The notes under the pieces: generated by a model | What the model was told of the DNA's origin: nothing | Database searches by the model: none | What the model saw: the letters and a program-made list of their open reading frames with translations, nothing else | Shown: positions 15,871 through 24,348 of the stretch, in pieces | How positions within the stretch are numbered: position 1 is the first letter of the stretch | Layout: each line of letters opens with the position of its first letter | Program-made: the position numbers and the translations under genes | Assembly (NCBI RefSeq): GCF_001481685.1 | Contig: NZ_CP006867.1 | Location: 1,362,665 to 1,394,664, forward strand | DNA from: Ignicoccus islandicus DSM 13165 | GTDB lineage: Archaea > Thermoproteota > Thermoprotei_A > Sulfolobales > Ignicoccaceae | Length of the DNA: 32,000 nucleotides | Reading direction: 5' to 3'

Positions 15871-17172
15871 TGTTCGTCTCGATGAAATTTCGCCTGCTAT
15901 TGGTTCTAACATTTTCCTCTTTACGACCTCTATGTCGTCTCCGAAGTTTCCTAATACCCACATGAGCTTGACTAATGCTGTTTCAGATAGCATATCACCT
16001 AAAGGCGTTACTCCAACCTCTAAGAGCTTCCTCCCCGTTGCATATACGTTTAGGTTCGTGGTACCGTAAATGCATTGAGTAGTCATACCTACGAAAATAC
16101 CATCTTTAATGAGATTCCTGATCGTACTAAGTAGATCTTCAGAGATATGACCCATACCAGTACCTTCTATTATTATACCCTTATAACCTCTTTCTTTAAT
16201 TATATCAAAAATGTCGCTTTTCATTCCAGGGAACATTTTGACTAAGAAGGCGCGTTCATCGAATTTGTTAAGTAATCTAGGAATAGAATTAGACCTCTTT
16301 CTAAGATCTTTTTCTATGACCTTTAACTCATAGATCCAAGGCCAAACGAGCGCTATGGGCTTGGAGCATATACTCTTAAATGCATCTCTTCGCGTGGAGT
16401 GCATTTTTCGTGTCCTCGTGGCTCGATGAACGACGGCGTACGTGTCACCGGTCTCACCGTGCATTGTAATGACGACCTCTGCAAACGGAGCCCTTGCAGC
16501 GACTAGGGTGGCTGCAAGTAAGTTGAAGGCAGCATCACTCGAAGGTCTGTCAGAAGACCTCTGGGCTCCTACGAACACTACTGGTTTATTCAACTCTTGA
16601 ATGGCAAAAGAGATGGCAGCCGCTGTATAGCTCATAGTATCAGTGCCATGAGCTACAATTATCCCTTTAACATCGTCCCTTAACAGTTCCTTATGCACTT
16701 CTAATGCTATCCTTTCCCAATTTTTCGGTTTCATGTTCTCTGAAAGTATATCTAATAGTTGTTCAGTTTCTAGATCAGCTATTTCTTTTATTTCCGGAAT
16801 ATCTTCAATGAGCTCATTGGCGCTTAGGTAAGGTTTAACTGCACCAGTTTCGTAATCTATCTTCGATGCAATTGTTCCGCCAGTCCCAATTATTTTTACT
16901 AAAGGGAATCCAGGTCTCCTTTCGACCCTCTTACTTTCTCGGTGTGAAACTTTCTTCTCATACTTTCCAAGTACCTCTATCCTTTCGATATTTTCTTTCT
17001 TTATACCTATGTTGTAACCATTATCTAACTTAATTACTATGGTGTCATCGCTTCTTGCAAGTGGTAATACTAGGCCACTAACCTCTAAACCGTCTTTTCT
17101 TACTACTTTCACGTAAGTTAAAGGTTCTATTTCATTACCCACGTTCAAAATCTTCTCCCGCCGTATTTCCAT
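15856..17172 (-). CDS. gatD: Glu-tRNA(Gln) amidotransferase subunit D
   Basis: Asparaginase-type motifs GTGGTIASK and HGTDTMSYTAAA, with the N-terminal GatD-specific domain. 438 aa. Confidence 0.92.
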   Translation of the reverse strand: MEIRREKILNVGNEIEPLTYVKVVRKDGLEVSGLVLPLARSDDTIVIKLDNGYNIGIKKENIERIEVLGKYEKKVSHRESKRVERRPGFPLVKIIGTGGTIASKIDYETGAVKPYLSANELIEDIPEIKEIADLETEQLLDILSENMKPKNWERIALEVHKELLRDDVKGIIVAHGTDTMSYTAAAISFAIQELNKPVVFVGAQRSSDRPSSDAAFNLLAATLVAARAPFAEVVITMHGETGDTYAVVHRATRTRKMHSTRRDAFKSICSKPIALVWPWIYELKVIEKDLRKRSNSIPRLLNKFDERAFLVKMFPGMKSDIFDIIKERGYKGIIIEGTGMGHISEDLLSTIRNLIKDGIFVGMTTQCIYGTTNLNVYATGRKLLEVGVTPLGDMLSETALVKLMWVLGNFGDDIEVVKRKMLEPIAGEISSRRTLDLF

Positions 17173-17278
17173 CTTAGTAGCGAATTTAGAATTTGGTCTT
17201 TTACCGCTCGTTTAAGTAAAAATTATAGCTTTGACTCACATTCCAATCTTTTCGGAAAGTAGAGAGGTGTAATTAGTA

Positions 17279-19144
17279 GTGACCGAGTTCACCCTTTTAC
17301 GAATAAACTTAAGCTCCGGTAAGTCTAAAGACGAGAAGGTTGATGAGAAGACTTTGAGAAAGTTCTTGGGAGGTAGAGGTCTCGGAACCTATTTGGCACT
17401 TAAGGAAATACCTAGGAACGCTGATGCTTTAGGTCCAGAAAACAAACTCTTCATTATGTCTGGACCTGTAACTGGAACTGCTGAAGGTTTCGAAGCTGGT
17501 CGAACCCACGTAGTGGCCAAGAGCCCCCTTACGGGACTTATTGGAGAAAGTAACATGGGCGGTAGGTTCGCTCCATGGATGAGGTTCTCTGGATATGATG
17601 GTCTAATTATAGAAGGTAAAAGCGAGGAACCAGTTTGGATAAGTATAGTAAATTCCGAGATTACCATCCACAGTGCAAAGGATATTTGGGGGCGGGGAAC
17701 TCATTATACCGAACACTATATCAGGAAGAAACTAGGCGTAACGCCGAAAGAAGGTGCTGTTCTAGCAATAGGACCAGCAGGTGAAAATAAAGTTAGATTA
17801 GCTAACATAATTCATGCTGGTGGACGTGCTGCCGGAAGAACTGGTCTAGGCGCCGTAATGGGTTCTAAAAACTTGAAGGCGATTTACGTATACGGAGAAA
17901 GGAAGCCCGAAATAGTTGACAAGGAGAGGTTCGAAAAAGGCGTCAAACTTCTAAAGGAAAAGATAGGCAACCATCCAGTAAGGAAGGCTCTGAACAATTA
18001 CGGAACTGCGGTTTTAGTTAATATAATCAATGAAATAGGTGCATTACCTACTAAGAACTGGACTAAGGGTACTTTCGAAAAGGCTGAAGAGATAAGCGGT
18101 GAAAAAATGGCTGAGAAGTACTTGGTTAAAAGCAGGGGATGTTGGGGTTGTCAAATCGAATGTGGTCGATTGGTCAAAACCTACTCGCCGGAATGGGGTG
18201 TACCTGAGGGATCCAAAGGTCCTGAGTACGAAACTATATTTGCAATAGGATCCAATTTAGAGCTTTCAAACTTAGAAGCAATAATTAGACTTAACCATGT
18301 TCTAAACGACGTTGGTATGGATACAATAGAATTCGGTAACACCGTAGCTGTCTTAATGGAACTCTACGAAAGGGCACAGAAGGGCGAGCTACCCCAAGAT
18401 AAGGCGGAGGAACTATTTAAATTACTCGATGGTCTTAGGCCAATCTGGGGCACACCAAATCCGGTCCTTGAACTTATCTACAAGGTAGCTACAAGAGACG
18501 GAATTGGCGAATACATGGCAGAAGGAGCGAAAAGGTTAGCTGAGAGATTTGGATGCAATTGCGTTGCGGAGGCCAGGGGCATGAGTTTACCAGCGTATGA
18601 TCCTAGAGCTATAAAGTCTATGGCATTAGCCTATGCAACGGCAAACAGGGGAGGTTGTCATCTCAGGGCGTACGCCGTGAGCTTTGAAGTCCTAGGTATT
18701 CCTAAGAAAACTGATCCGCTAGAGGTCAACGTAGAGAAGGCTAAAATGGTTAAGGAACAACAAGACTTCTTTGCAGCGATAGATAGTATGATAGTATGTA
18801 AGTTCAACACATTCATGACACCGTCTCCCGAGGACTACGTTGACCTATTGGCCGGTGTGACCGGATGGGACGTAACAGCGGAAGAGATAATGAAGATAGG
18901 AGAGAGAATCTACAACGTAGAGAGGCTGTTTAACGTACGTGAAGGCGATCCCGGTGATTACTTAAGCAGAAGGTTGATAGAAGAGAAGCTACCCGATGGC
19001 CCGGCTGCGGGTCACACTGCAAAGGACGCTCTAGAAGTAATGCTCCCGGCTTACTATGAGTATAGAAAATGGGAGAACGGAATCCCATCAAAGGAAATAT
19101 TAAGAGAGCTAGACTTACAAGAGTTCGAATACATAATTGCTTGA
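17279..19144 (+). CDS. aor: aldehyde:ferredoxin oxidoreductase family (tungstopterin enzyme)
   Basis: The N-terminal LRINLSSGK...LGGRGLG, plus GRTGLGAVMGSKNLKA, CWGCQIEC (4Fe-4S ligands), PEYETI and RGGCHLRA. GTG start with GAGAGGTG upstream. Confidence 0.92.
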   Translation: MTEFTLLRINLSSGKSKDEKVDEKTLRKFLGGRGLGTYLALKEIPRNADALGPENKLFIMSGPVTGTAEGFEAGRTHVVAKSPLTGLIGESNMGGRFAPWMRFSGYDGLIIEGKSEEPVWISIVNSEITIHSAKDIWGRGTHYTEHYIRKKLGVTPKEGAVLAIGPAGENKVRLANIIHAGGRAAGRTGLGAVMGSKNLKAIYVYGERKPEIVDKERFEKGVKLLKEKIGNHPVRKALNNYGTAVLVNIINEIGALPTKNWTKGTFEKAEEISGEKMAEKYLVKSRGCWGCQIECGRLVKTYSPEWGVPEGSKGPEYETIFAIGSNLELSNLEAIIRLNHVLNDVGMDTIEFGNTVAVLMELYERAQKGELPQDKAEELFKLLDGLRPIWGTPNPVLELIYKVATRDGIGEYMAEGAKRLAERFGCNCVAEARGMSLPAYDPRAIKSMALAYATANRGGCHLRAYAVSFEVLGIPKKTDPLEVNVEKAKMVKEQQDFFAAIDSMIVCKFNTFMTPSPEDYVDLLAGVTGWDVTAEEIMKIGERIYNVERLFNVREGDPGDYLSRRLIEEKLPDGPAAGHTAKDALEVMLPAYYEYRKWENGIPSKEILRELDLQEFEYIIA

Positions 19145-19200
19145 AAAATACTTCTTCAATAATTCTGCCATTAAAGTCAATCCGGATAATGCTATGCCAA

Positions 19201-19770
19201 CTATTTAATTATTTTTATTCTATTCGATTTTAAGTCAAGGTAGAAGTTAATGTAAGATATTACGTGCGAAGCTAAATAACTCTTTTTACCGATTGATATT
19301 ACTTGTGAAGGACGTACGTCGCTGGGTAAGTCTATATCATGTTGTGGACCAATAACGAAAGCTAGGGTCTTGAAATACTTTAAGGAGGTTACGTCCTCAC
19401 CTCCCTCTTTGAGGAAAATGATGGGCATCTTTAGATTTTTAAGAACGAACTCGAACGAATCGCGAGTTCTTGTACAACCCTTCGATAACCCTAACATACA
19501 TTTCCTAATACATTTGATTGCATCAATCTCAGTTCTGAGATCACAATCTAGCGACTTACCATCGAAATATAGCGTCAGTGGGGGGTTAGGCGGTCCTTCG
19601 AGGGTTACAATAAATTGGGCATCTTTTCTAACACCTTTCGTAGTCCATAGACTTGCTCTCAACATTCTAGCAATTACGTCGAGACGACCCGTTCGCGATG
19701 CAATACCTTTCCCCGGAAAATATGGCGAGGTTGTTGCGGTAAGGGATCGGGTTATGAACAATCTAATCAA
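19201..19770 (-). CDS. trmY: tRNA (pseudouridine54-N1)-methyltransferase TrmY (COG1901/DUF358 SPOUT)
   Basis: GRLDVIARMLRASL, VRKDAQFIVTLEGPPNPPLTLYFDG, FLKEGGEDV, FVIGPQHDI and ISIGKKSYLASHVISYINFYLD all parallel the M. jannaschii TrmY sequence as I recall it. The TTG start is 2 nt after the rps26e stop. Confidence 0.8.
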   Translation of the reverse strand: MIRLFITRSLTATTSPYFPGKGIASRTGRLDVIARMLRASLWTTKGVRKDAQFIVTLEGPPNPPLTLYFDGKSLDCDLRTEIDAIKCIRKCMLGLSKGCTRTRDSFEFVLKNLKMPIIFLKEGGEDVTSLKYFKTLAFVIGPQHDIDLPSDVRPSQVISIGKKSYLASHVISYINFYLDLKSNRIKIIK

Positions 19771-19772
19771 CT

Positions 19773-20057
19773 TTAGTAGAGTCCCCTTCTCTTCCTTTCG
19801 TGCTCAGGTCTAACCTTCACTAAACCATAGTGTACAGCGCAGCTTACGCAATAACATTTAGTTAGTTTATACTTTGGTATTATTGCGCCCTTCTTTTCAA
19901 GTTCCCTTGCGAGCTGAGGATCGACTGGGCTATACCACTTGGTTACACAGATTGCTTTATCGGCTGGTATTAACCTCCCGCAATTGTCGCATTGAATAAC
20001 ACCACTTCTGCCTTTGTCTCCCTTGTGACGCCCCCTGTTTTCCCTCTTCTTTGGCAC
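19773..20057 (-). CDS. rps26e: 30S ribosomal protein S26e (eS26)
   Basis: MPKKRENRGRHKGDKGRSGVIQCDNCGRLIPADKAI...CYCVSCAVH is the eS26 zinc-binding pattern. GTG start. Confidence 0.9.
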   Translation of the reverse strand: MPKKRENRGRHKGDKGRSGVIQCDNCGRLIPADKAICVTKWYSPVDPQLARELEKKGAIIPKYKLTKCYCVSCAVHYGLVKVRPEHERKRRGLY

Positions 20058-20214
20058 TCCCTTACACCTAATCCTTACTGGCTACGCGTTGGGATTTAAA
20101 GGTTCTGTAGAAATTGCAGTTACGAATTCTCTGCTCCAACCGTTACAGTGTGAATACACTTGTACGCTTCAAGATATTACTACATCGTAGACACTGTTAG
20201 ATGGTTTGAGGAAA

Positions 20215-21183
20215 ATGAAGATAGACCTTAATACGGCGAAAATACTGAATGAGCTTCAATACAACTTTCCCCTAACCCCAACTCCATTTCGCGATATAGC
20301 GTATAATCTAGGTATAAGTGAAGATTACGTTCTAAAAATTGTGAGAAATCTAATGGAACATAAGATAATTAAGAGGATAGGATTTACCGTAAACTACAAG
20401 TCACAAGGTAAGGTCGCGGCTTTAGTGGGCGTTAAAGTCTCTTCAAGGGAAGACATTGAGAGGTTGAGAATGGAACTTTTGAATAATCAAGAAGTTACCC
20501 ATAATTACCTTAGGGACGATCCTGACTTCCAAGTATGGTTTACAATTAAAGCCCCAAGTTTTGAAATATTAAAAAATGACGTTGCTGAGCTCCTAGAAAA
20601 TAAATTGAAACTAAGTGACTACGTCATCTTGCCTAGTAAACGTGTTTGTAAGGTAAGTGTAAGGTACGATCTAATAAAGGGTATAGGTTGGAGTAAGCCG
20701 ACTGAACAGCCTAATGACGTTCCTAAACCAGAAGAAATAGGTATACCGCCAACGCTCCCTCGCGAAGTTTCCAGACTAAAACCCGTCTCAAGACCTTACT
20801 TGGAGATTGCTAAGAAATATGGATTGTCAGAGGAGGAATTATTGAATATAGTGAGGCTGATGCTTGAGAAGGGTATACTAAGAAACCCTGGTGCAAGCGT
20901 GGATGGTGATAAAATCGGTTTTAAATACAACGTAATGACTGTTCTAAATGTAGACGATACCGAATATGCATGCAAATTCTTAAAGGACGAGGTATGGGAA
21001 GCTTCACATATTGTTGAAAGAATAGTTCCCGAGAGATGGCCGTATCCGGTATATTTCGTTTTACATGCGATGAAGAAAGACGTAGTTGAAGAAGTAATAA
21101 ACAATGTTATCAGGCATCTTAAGCCTATAAGTTACAGAAAACTCTATAGCATAGAAAATCTAAAGCCTGGTGTTGCGCGATAG
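20215..21183 (+). CDS. fused AsnC/Lrp-like siroheme decarboxylase (AhbA/AhbB, NirD/L-like)
   Basis: Two tandem modules. The first has LNELQYNFPLTPTPFRDIAYNLGISEDYVLKIVRNLMEHKIIKRIG...EVTHNYLR...WFTI. I prefer ATG 20215 over the in-frame TTG at 20206. Confidence 0.7.
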   Translation: MKIDLNTAKILNELQYNFPLTPTPFRDIAYNLGISEDYVLKIVRNLMEHKIIKRIGFTVNYKSQGKVAALVGVKVSSREDIERLRMELLNNQEVTHNYLRDDPDFQVWFTIKAPSFEILKNDVAELLENKLKLSDYVILPSKRVCKVSVRYDLIKGIGWSKPTEQPNDVPKPEEIGIPPTLPREVSRLKPVSRPYLEIAKKYGLSEEELLNIVRLMLEKGILRNPGASVDGDKIGFKYNVMTVLNVDDTEYACKFLKDEVWEASHIVERIVPERWPYPVYFVLHAMKKDVVEEVINNVIRHLKPISYRKLYSIENLKPGVAR

Positions 21184-21215
21184 CGCAAGTCGGCGTTTTT
21201 GTGATCAAAAAGTAA

Positions 21216-21244
21216 TCGAAATCCATGAGATTACTTCGAAATCC
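21216..21244. repeat. two 9-bp direct repeats TCGAAATCC spaced 20 bp apart in the promoter region of the 21309 gene
   Basis: TCGAAATCC occurs at 21216-21224 and 21236-21244. It overlaps a 6-bp inverted repeat GTAATC/GATTAC (21212-17 / 21228-33). The AT-rich TATA-like TAATTAATAA follows about 20 bp downstream. Confidence 0.35.
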
Positions 21245-21308
21245 GTAATACCAAGGTACATAATTAATAAGGGTCTCCCGAGATAGATTATAGTGAGGGT
21301 GAAGCGTC

Positions 21309-21794
21309 GTGGTACACACAGGAATTAGCTGGGCAGCTGAAGTTCTAAGGAGGTTAAAGGGCGTTGACTTCCCAGTAACCAAGGAGCAACTAAAGGAGAG
21401 GCTTCAAGGCCTCTATTGGAGAGGCATACCTATAGAGAAGCTACTCGAAGAAATCGAGGTAGAGCAATTCGAGACTCCCGCAGAGGTCCTACACTACTTA
21501 GCTGAAGCAGCAAGGAAGCTAGAGTACAGCGGTCAAGTAGCTCCAGGCGGAAGGGTTGGAATTAGCTGGGCAGCTGAAGTTCTAAGGAGGTTAAAGGGCG
21601 TTGACTTCCCAGTAACCAAGGAGCAACTAAAGGAGAGGCTTCAAGGCCTCTATTGGAGAGGCATACCTATAGAGAAGCTACTCGAAGAAATCGAGGTAGA
21701 GCAATTCGAGACTCCCGCAGAGGTCCTACACTACTTAGCTGAAGCAGCAAGGAAGCTAGAGGAGAAGGGTTTCTCGGCTGCCACGATCGCTTAG
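21309..21794 (+). CDS. protein with two identical DUF2795-like modules
   Basis: GTG start preceded by GAGGGTGA. The 68-aa module GISWAAEVLRRLKGVDFPVTKEQLKERLQGLYWRGIPIEKLLEEIEVEQFETPAEVLHYLAEAARKLE occurs twice, joined by YSGQVAPGGRV. The LKGVDFPxxKxxL plus 'F.TPAEV' pattern resembles DUF2795. Confidence 0.75.
   Translation: MVHTGISWAAEVLRRLKGVDFPVTKEQLKERLQGLYWRGIPIEKLLEEIEVEQFETPAEVLHYLAEAARKLEYSGQVAPGGRVGISWAAEVLRRLKGVDFPVTKEQLKERLQGLYWRGIPIEKLLEEIEVEQFETPAEVLHYLAEAARKLEEKGFSAATIA
21321..21761 (+). repeat. perfect 204-bp direct tandem repeat (21321-21524 and 21558-21761) with a 33-bp unique spacer
   Basis: Base-by-base comparison of the two copies shows no mismatch. The period is 237 bp, or 79 codons, so the duplication is in frame. 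Confidence 0.95.
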
Positions 21795-21808
21795 AGCTTA
21801 AATAATTC

Positions 21809-21817
21809 TTTTTTTTT
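21809..21817 (+). terminator. oligo-T tract (T9), likely an archaeal transcription terminator for the 21309-21794 gene
   Basis: A run of nine T begins 15 nt after the TAG stop. Archaeal RNA polymerase terminates at oligo-T tracts. Confidence 0.55.
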
Positions 21818-21818
21818 A

Positions 21819-23096
21819 TCACGTGTTTTCTAGGGTAGGTTTCTCAATCCATACAACATCCAAGCTAACGCATTTACACTCTTTTGAGAGGAAGGACGAA
21901 AAGGAGGGCTCTGTTCTACCATTATCACCACTAATCAATTCTTTAATGTAGAGTCCTCCTTCTCCTTTTATAAGTGAAATGAAGGTAGTATTATCCACTT
22001 TAGCTGCCTTCACCCAGTAAACCTTCTTGGTCCTAACCATATCTTTACGCCTGTGTAGAACCCTTGTTGGCGTTTGTTGGGAAACAATAGTATTTTGGAA
22101 GAAATCCTCGAGAGCCTTAAGTTCGTCTTCAGTTACTGTCTCGGTACATTGTACCACAGCAAAATACGTCTTTTCCTTTAACGAATCTTCTCCCTTCAAT
22201 CTCGGAACCTCGTCCTTGTTACTATACCGTATAAACTCAAAGTAAACATCGTCGTTTGAATACTTTATTTTAGTGACGTCGACGTACCTGCGTTTAGGTT
22301 TTACTACCTTAGCTATGAACGGTCTACCAGAGCCCAAAGTTCTCACATCAACGTCCTCTCGGCCTGCCGCATGAAGCACGACTTCCTTGGCCTGAAATAC
22401 ATTAAGTGCCTCTTGAAGGTAACCTTCTACGCTACACTCGTATTTCCAGATACTTTGAGAGCATCTTCTTGAGAGTTTCTTATAGATACCGTAAACGTAG
22501 ATAGGCTTTATCTGAAGCTTTAATTCATTATTCTTTAAGTCAATTATTATAGTAATGTCAGGATCAACGAAGTCTGGCTCTTTCCTTAGCTCTTCTTTGA
22601 GTATTTTACCAATCTCTCTTTTAAACGAGTTCTTTATGTTCTCGGCATATGGTAGCTTAAATTCCGCTATCAAATCTCTATGCCTCTCTTCCATTTCACC
22701 ACAATTTGTACATCCTACCACGAAGCTCTCAAATTCCATTCCATCCAGATAATCTAATATCTTCTTGGACCATGTCTTAACTAACTCATTCCAGTTGTTT
22801 CCGCAAACGTAACACCTCTTCAATTCGTGGATGTTAAGGTTCATTGCGATAGCTATCTCCTTTGTTTCTTCACTAGACAGATTGCCGAGGACGGTCACTA
22901 AACTCGATTCATCTTCTATTCCTTCCCTTACTCTTCTATCCATCTCCATTATTATAGTTCGTCGTAAAGCGGCTCCACGCTTCTCGTTACCTAACCCCTT
23001 CCCAAGTCTTGCAAACAGTGATCCCAAACAATGATCGCATAAAGGGTATTTCTTTACGATTTTAAGCGATTTCTCAATAATGTTTTGATCGTCCAC
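21819..23096 (-). CDS. pus10: tRNA pseudouridine(54/55) synthase Pus10
   Basis: N-terminal zinc module YPLCDHCLGSLFARLG...CYVCGN, a THUMP-like middle region, and a C-terminal catalytic region with GREDVDVRTLGSGRPF and GGLYIKELISGDNGRTEPS. GTG start with GGGAGGGGG 7 nt upstream. Confidence 0.88.
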   Translation of the reverse strand: MDDQNIIEKSLKIVKKYPLCDHCLGSLFARLGKGLGNEKRGAALRRTIIMEMDRRVREGIEDESSLVTVLGNLSSEETKEIAIAMNLNIHELKRCYVCGNNWNELVKTWSKKILDYLDGMEFESFVVGCTNCGEMEERHRDLIAEFKLPYAENIKNSFKREIGKILKEELRKEPDFVDPDITIIIDLKNNELKLQIKPIYVYGIYKKLSRRCSQSIWKYECSVEGYLQEALNVFQAKEVVLHAAGREDVDVRTLGSGRPFIAKVVKPKRRYVDVTKIKYSNDDVYFEFIRYSNKDEVPRLKGEDSLKEKTYFAVVQCTETVTEDELKALEDFFQNTIVSQQTPTRVLHRRKDMVRTKKVYWVKAAKVDNTTFISLIKGEGGLYIKELISGDNGRTEPSFSSFLSKECKCVSLDVVWIEKPTLENT

Positions 23097-23128
23097 ACTG
23101 GACCCCCTCCCGATTGAAACCTCAGTTC

Positions 23129-23638
23129 CTATAACGGTTCCTTGCCTTCTAGGAACCTATCAATAATTATATGGGAAATGATAACTACTTGGTCTAAAGG
23201 GTATCTCTCGCTTAAGCAATTCAGTTTAGAGGGATCTATCACAACAGGTAATCTAATATTATTAAGCGAACATTCAAGGAAGTTTTCGAAAGAAGGTGGT
23301 GGACAAGCACTGTTAACGTCTATACCCGTGATCTCCTTACCACCCTTAATGGCTCTAAGGATTCCAAGGATGCTTTCACTATCAGGATACAGTCGTCTTA
23401 CCTTTCTAGGATCGATTACTAATACCAAGTTTTCTTCAACCTTTATTACCAATCGTGTATCTCTTCTAATTGAATTAGATAGAAAAAGAGACGCGTTTAC
23501 TATTAATGGGAAAACACCGAGCTCGAAGTCGTTGCAAATTCTGACTTCTCTTAGGATACTTTCTTCGACCTCAGAGGGGGCTTTTTTGGATATGGCTCGA
23601 TCATCGCTTGTATGCTTACCAGACCCACTGGTCATCAT
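23129..23638 (-). CDS. divergent, shortened TrmY-like (SPOUT-like) protein. The family assignment is tentative.
   Basis: ASLFLSNSIRRDTRLVIKV resembles the in-window TrmY RASLWTTKGVRKDAQFIVTL, and my recollection of MJ1640 (FFLSHDIRRDVVF). LYPDSESILGILRAIKG resembles the family SPDERNIA..IKKAL motif. The C-terminal VVIISHIIIDRFLE resembles LASHVISYINFYLD. GAGG lies 6 nt upstream of the ATG. It sits 32 nt upstream of pus10. Confidence 0.6.
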   Translation of the reverse strand: MMTSGSGKHTSDDRAISKKAPSEVEESILREVRICNDFELGVFPLIVNASLFLSNSIRRDTRLVIKVEENLVLVIDPRKVRRLYPDSESILGILRAIKGGKEITGIDVNSACPPPSFENFLECSLNNIRLPVVIDPSKLNCLSERYPLDQVVIISHIIIDRFLEGKEPL

Positions 23639-23650
23639 CGGTTCCTCTAA

Positions 23651-24220
23651 TCAGTGTAAGTTTCCAATCCTTTTCACTCTGATCCTCAATACACCGTCTT
23701 GTAGCTCGCATCTAACGTCTACTCTTTCGTCCCCAGTGCCCCTTCTTCTTAACCATGTTCTAATTAACGATGCTATTAGGAAGGCTTCTGGTGAGAGTGT
23801 TATTGGTATTCCTTCTTGTTTCAGTATTTTATAAGCCGGATCGAACACGCTACCATGTATCTCAATTACTATTTCCTTATCGGATTCTTTAACTACTTTA
23901 GCTTCCTTAGCCACACCTAGTTTCTTCAGTATGTTCGTCAAGCTAGGTCCTAGAGTTCCATCATGCCCATCTAGTGATTCTTCTAGATTATTAATTAGCT
24001 TAGATTCAAGTAGTTTCGAGAGCAAGTCGCCTAGTTCCGATATTAGTATTTGGGTATATGCGATAGCTGAACTTCCGAGGACTTTATATAATACCTTTTG
24101 GTAGGCTAATATTACAGCATTGACTAGTGCTGAATCAATGCAAACGTGCTCATGAGAAAGGGTGTCAGCTTCCCTTTGGATTTCTACTTCATGTTGGAAG
24201 GAGCTTCCTGTTGGAGTCAT
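23651..24220 (-). CDS. hypothetical protein, possibly a V4R-like small-molecule-binding fold (very tentative)
   Basis: 189-aa ORF and first gene of the apparent operon with the TrmY-like gene and pus10. The C-terminal pattern EIVIEIHGSVF...SPEAFLIASLIRTWL...VDVRCELQDGVLRIRV is reminiscent of V4R domains. Confidence 0.55.
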   Translation of the reverse strand: MTPTGSSFQHEVEIQREADTLSHEHVCIDSALVNAVILAYQKVLYKVLGSSAIAYTQILISELGDLLSKLLESKLINNLEESLDGHDGTLGPSLTNILKKLGVAKEAKVVKESDKEIVIEIHGSVFDPAYKILKQEGIPITLSPEAFLIASLIRTWLRRRGTGDERVDVRCELQDGVLRIRVKRIGNLH

Positions 24221-24255
24221 AGGACCTCGTCAAACCACTCTTTATCGCAGGTCCT
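24221..24255 (-). promoter_or_regulatory. 7-bp stem hairpin abutting the start codon of the 23651-24220 gene
   Basis: The mRNA sense reads AGGACCT-(21 nt)-AGGTCCT-ATG. The 3' arm carries the only SD-like AGGT. Confidence 0.3.
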
Positions 24256-24348
24256 AATAAGATCTTTCTTACGATAGCTAACATCGTTTTGAGGAGAAAA
24301 GGTGAATGCTCACTGCAATTTGCGCTACTCTTCGAAGCGTAAAATTCC

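Noticed and set aside
23142-23834. A 230-aa plus-strand ORF that spans two minus-strand genes and their spacer.
   Set aside because: Its Ser/Leu/Thr-rich composition is typical of an antisense shadow of Glu/Lys/Asp-rich genes. The minus-strand ORFs have SD motifs, tight operon spacing and, for 23129-23638, family-like motifs.
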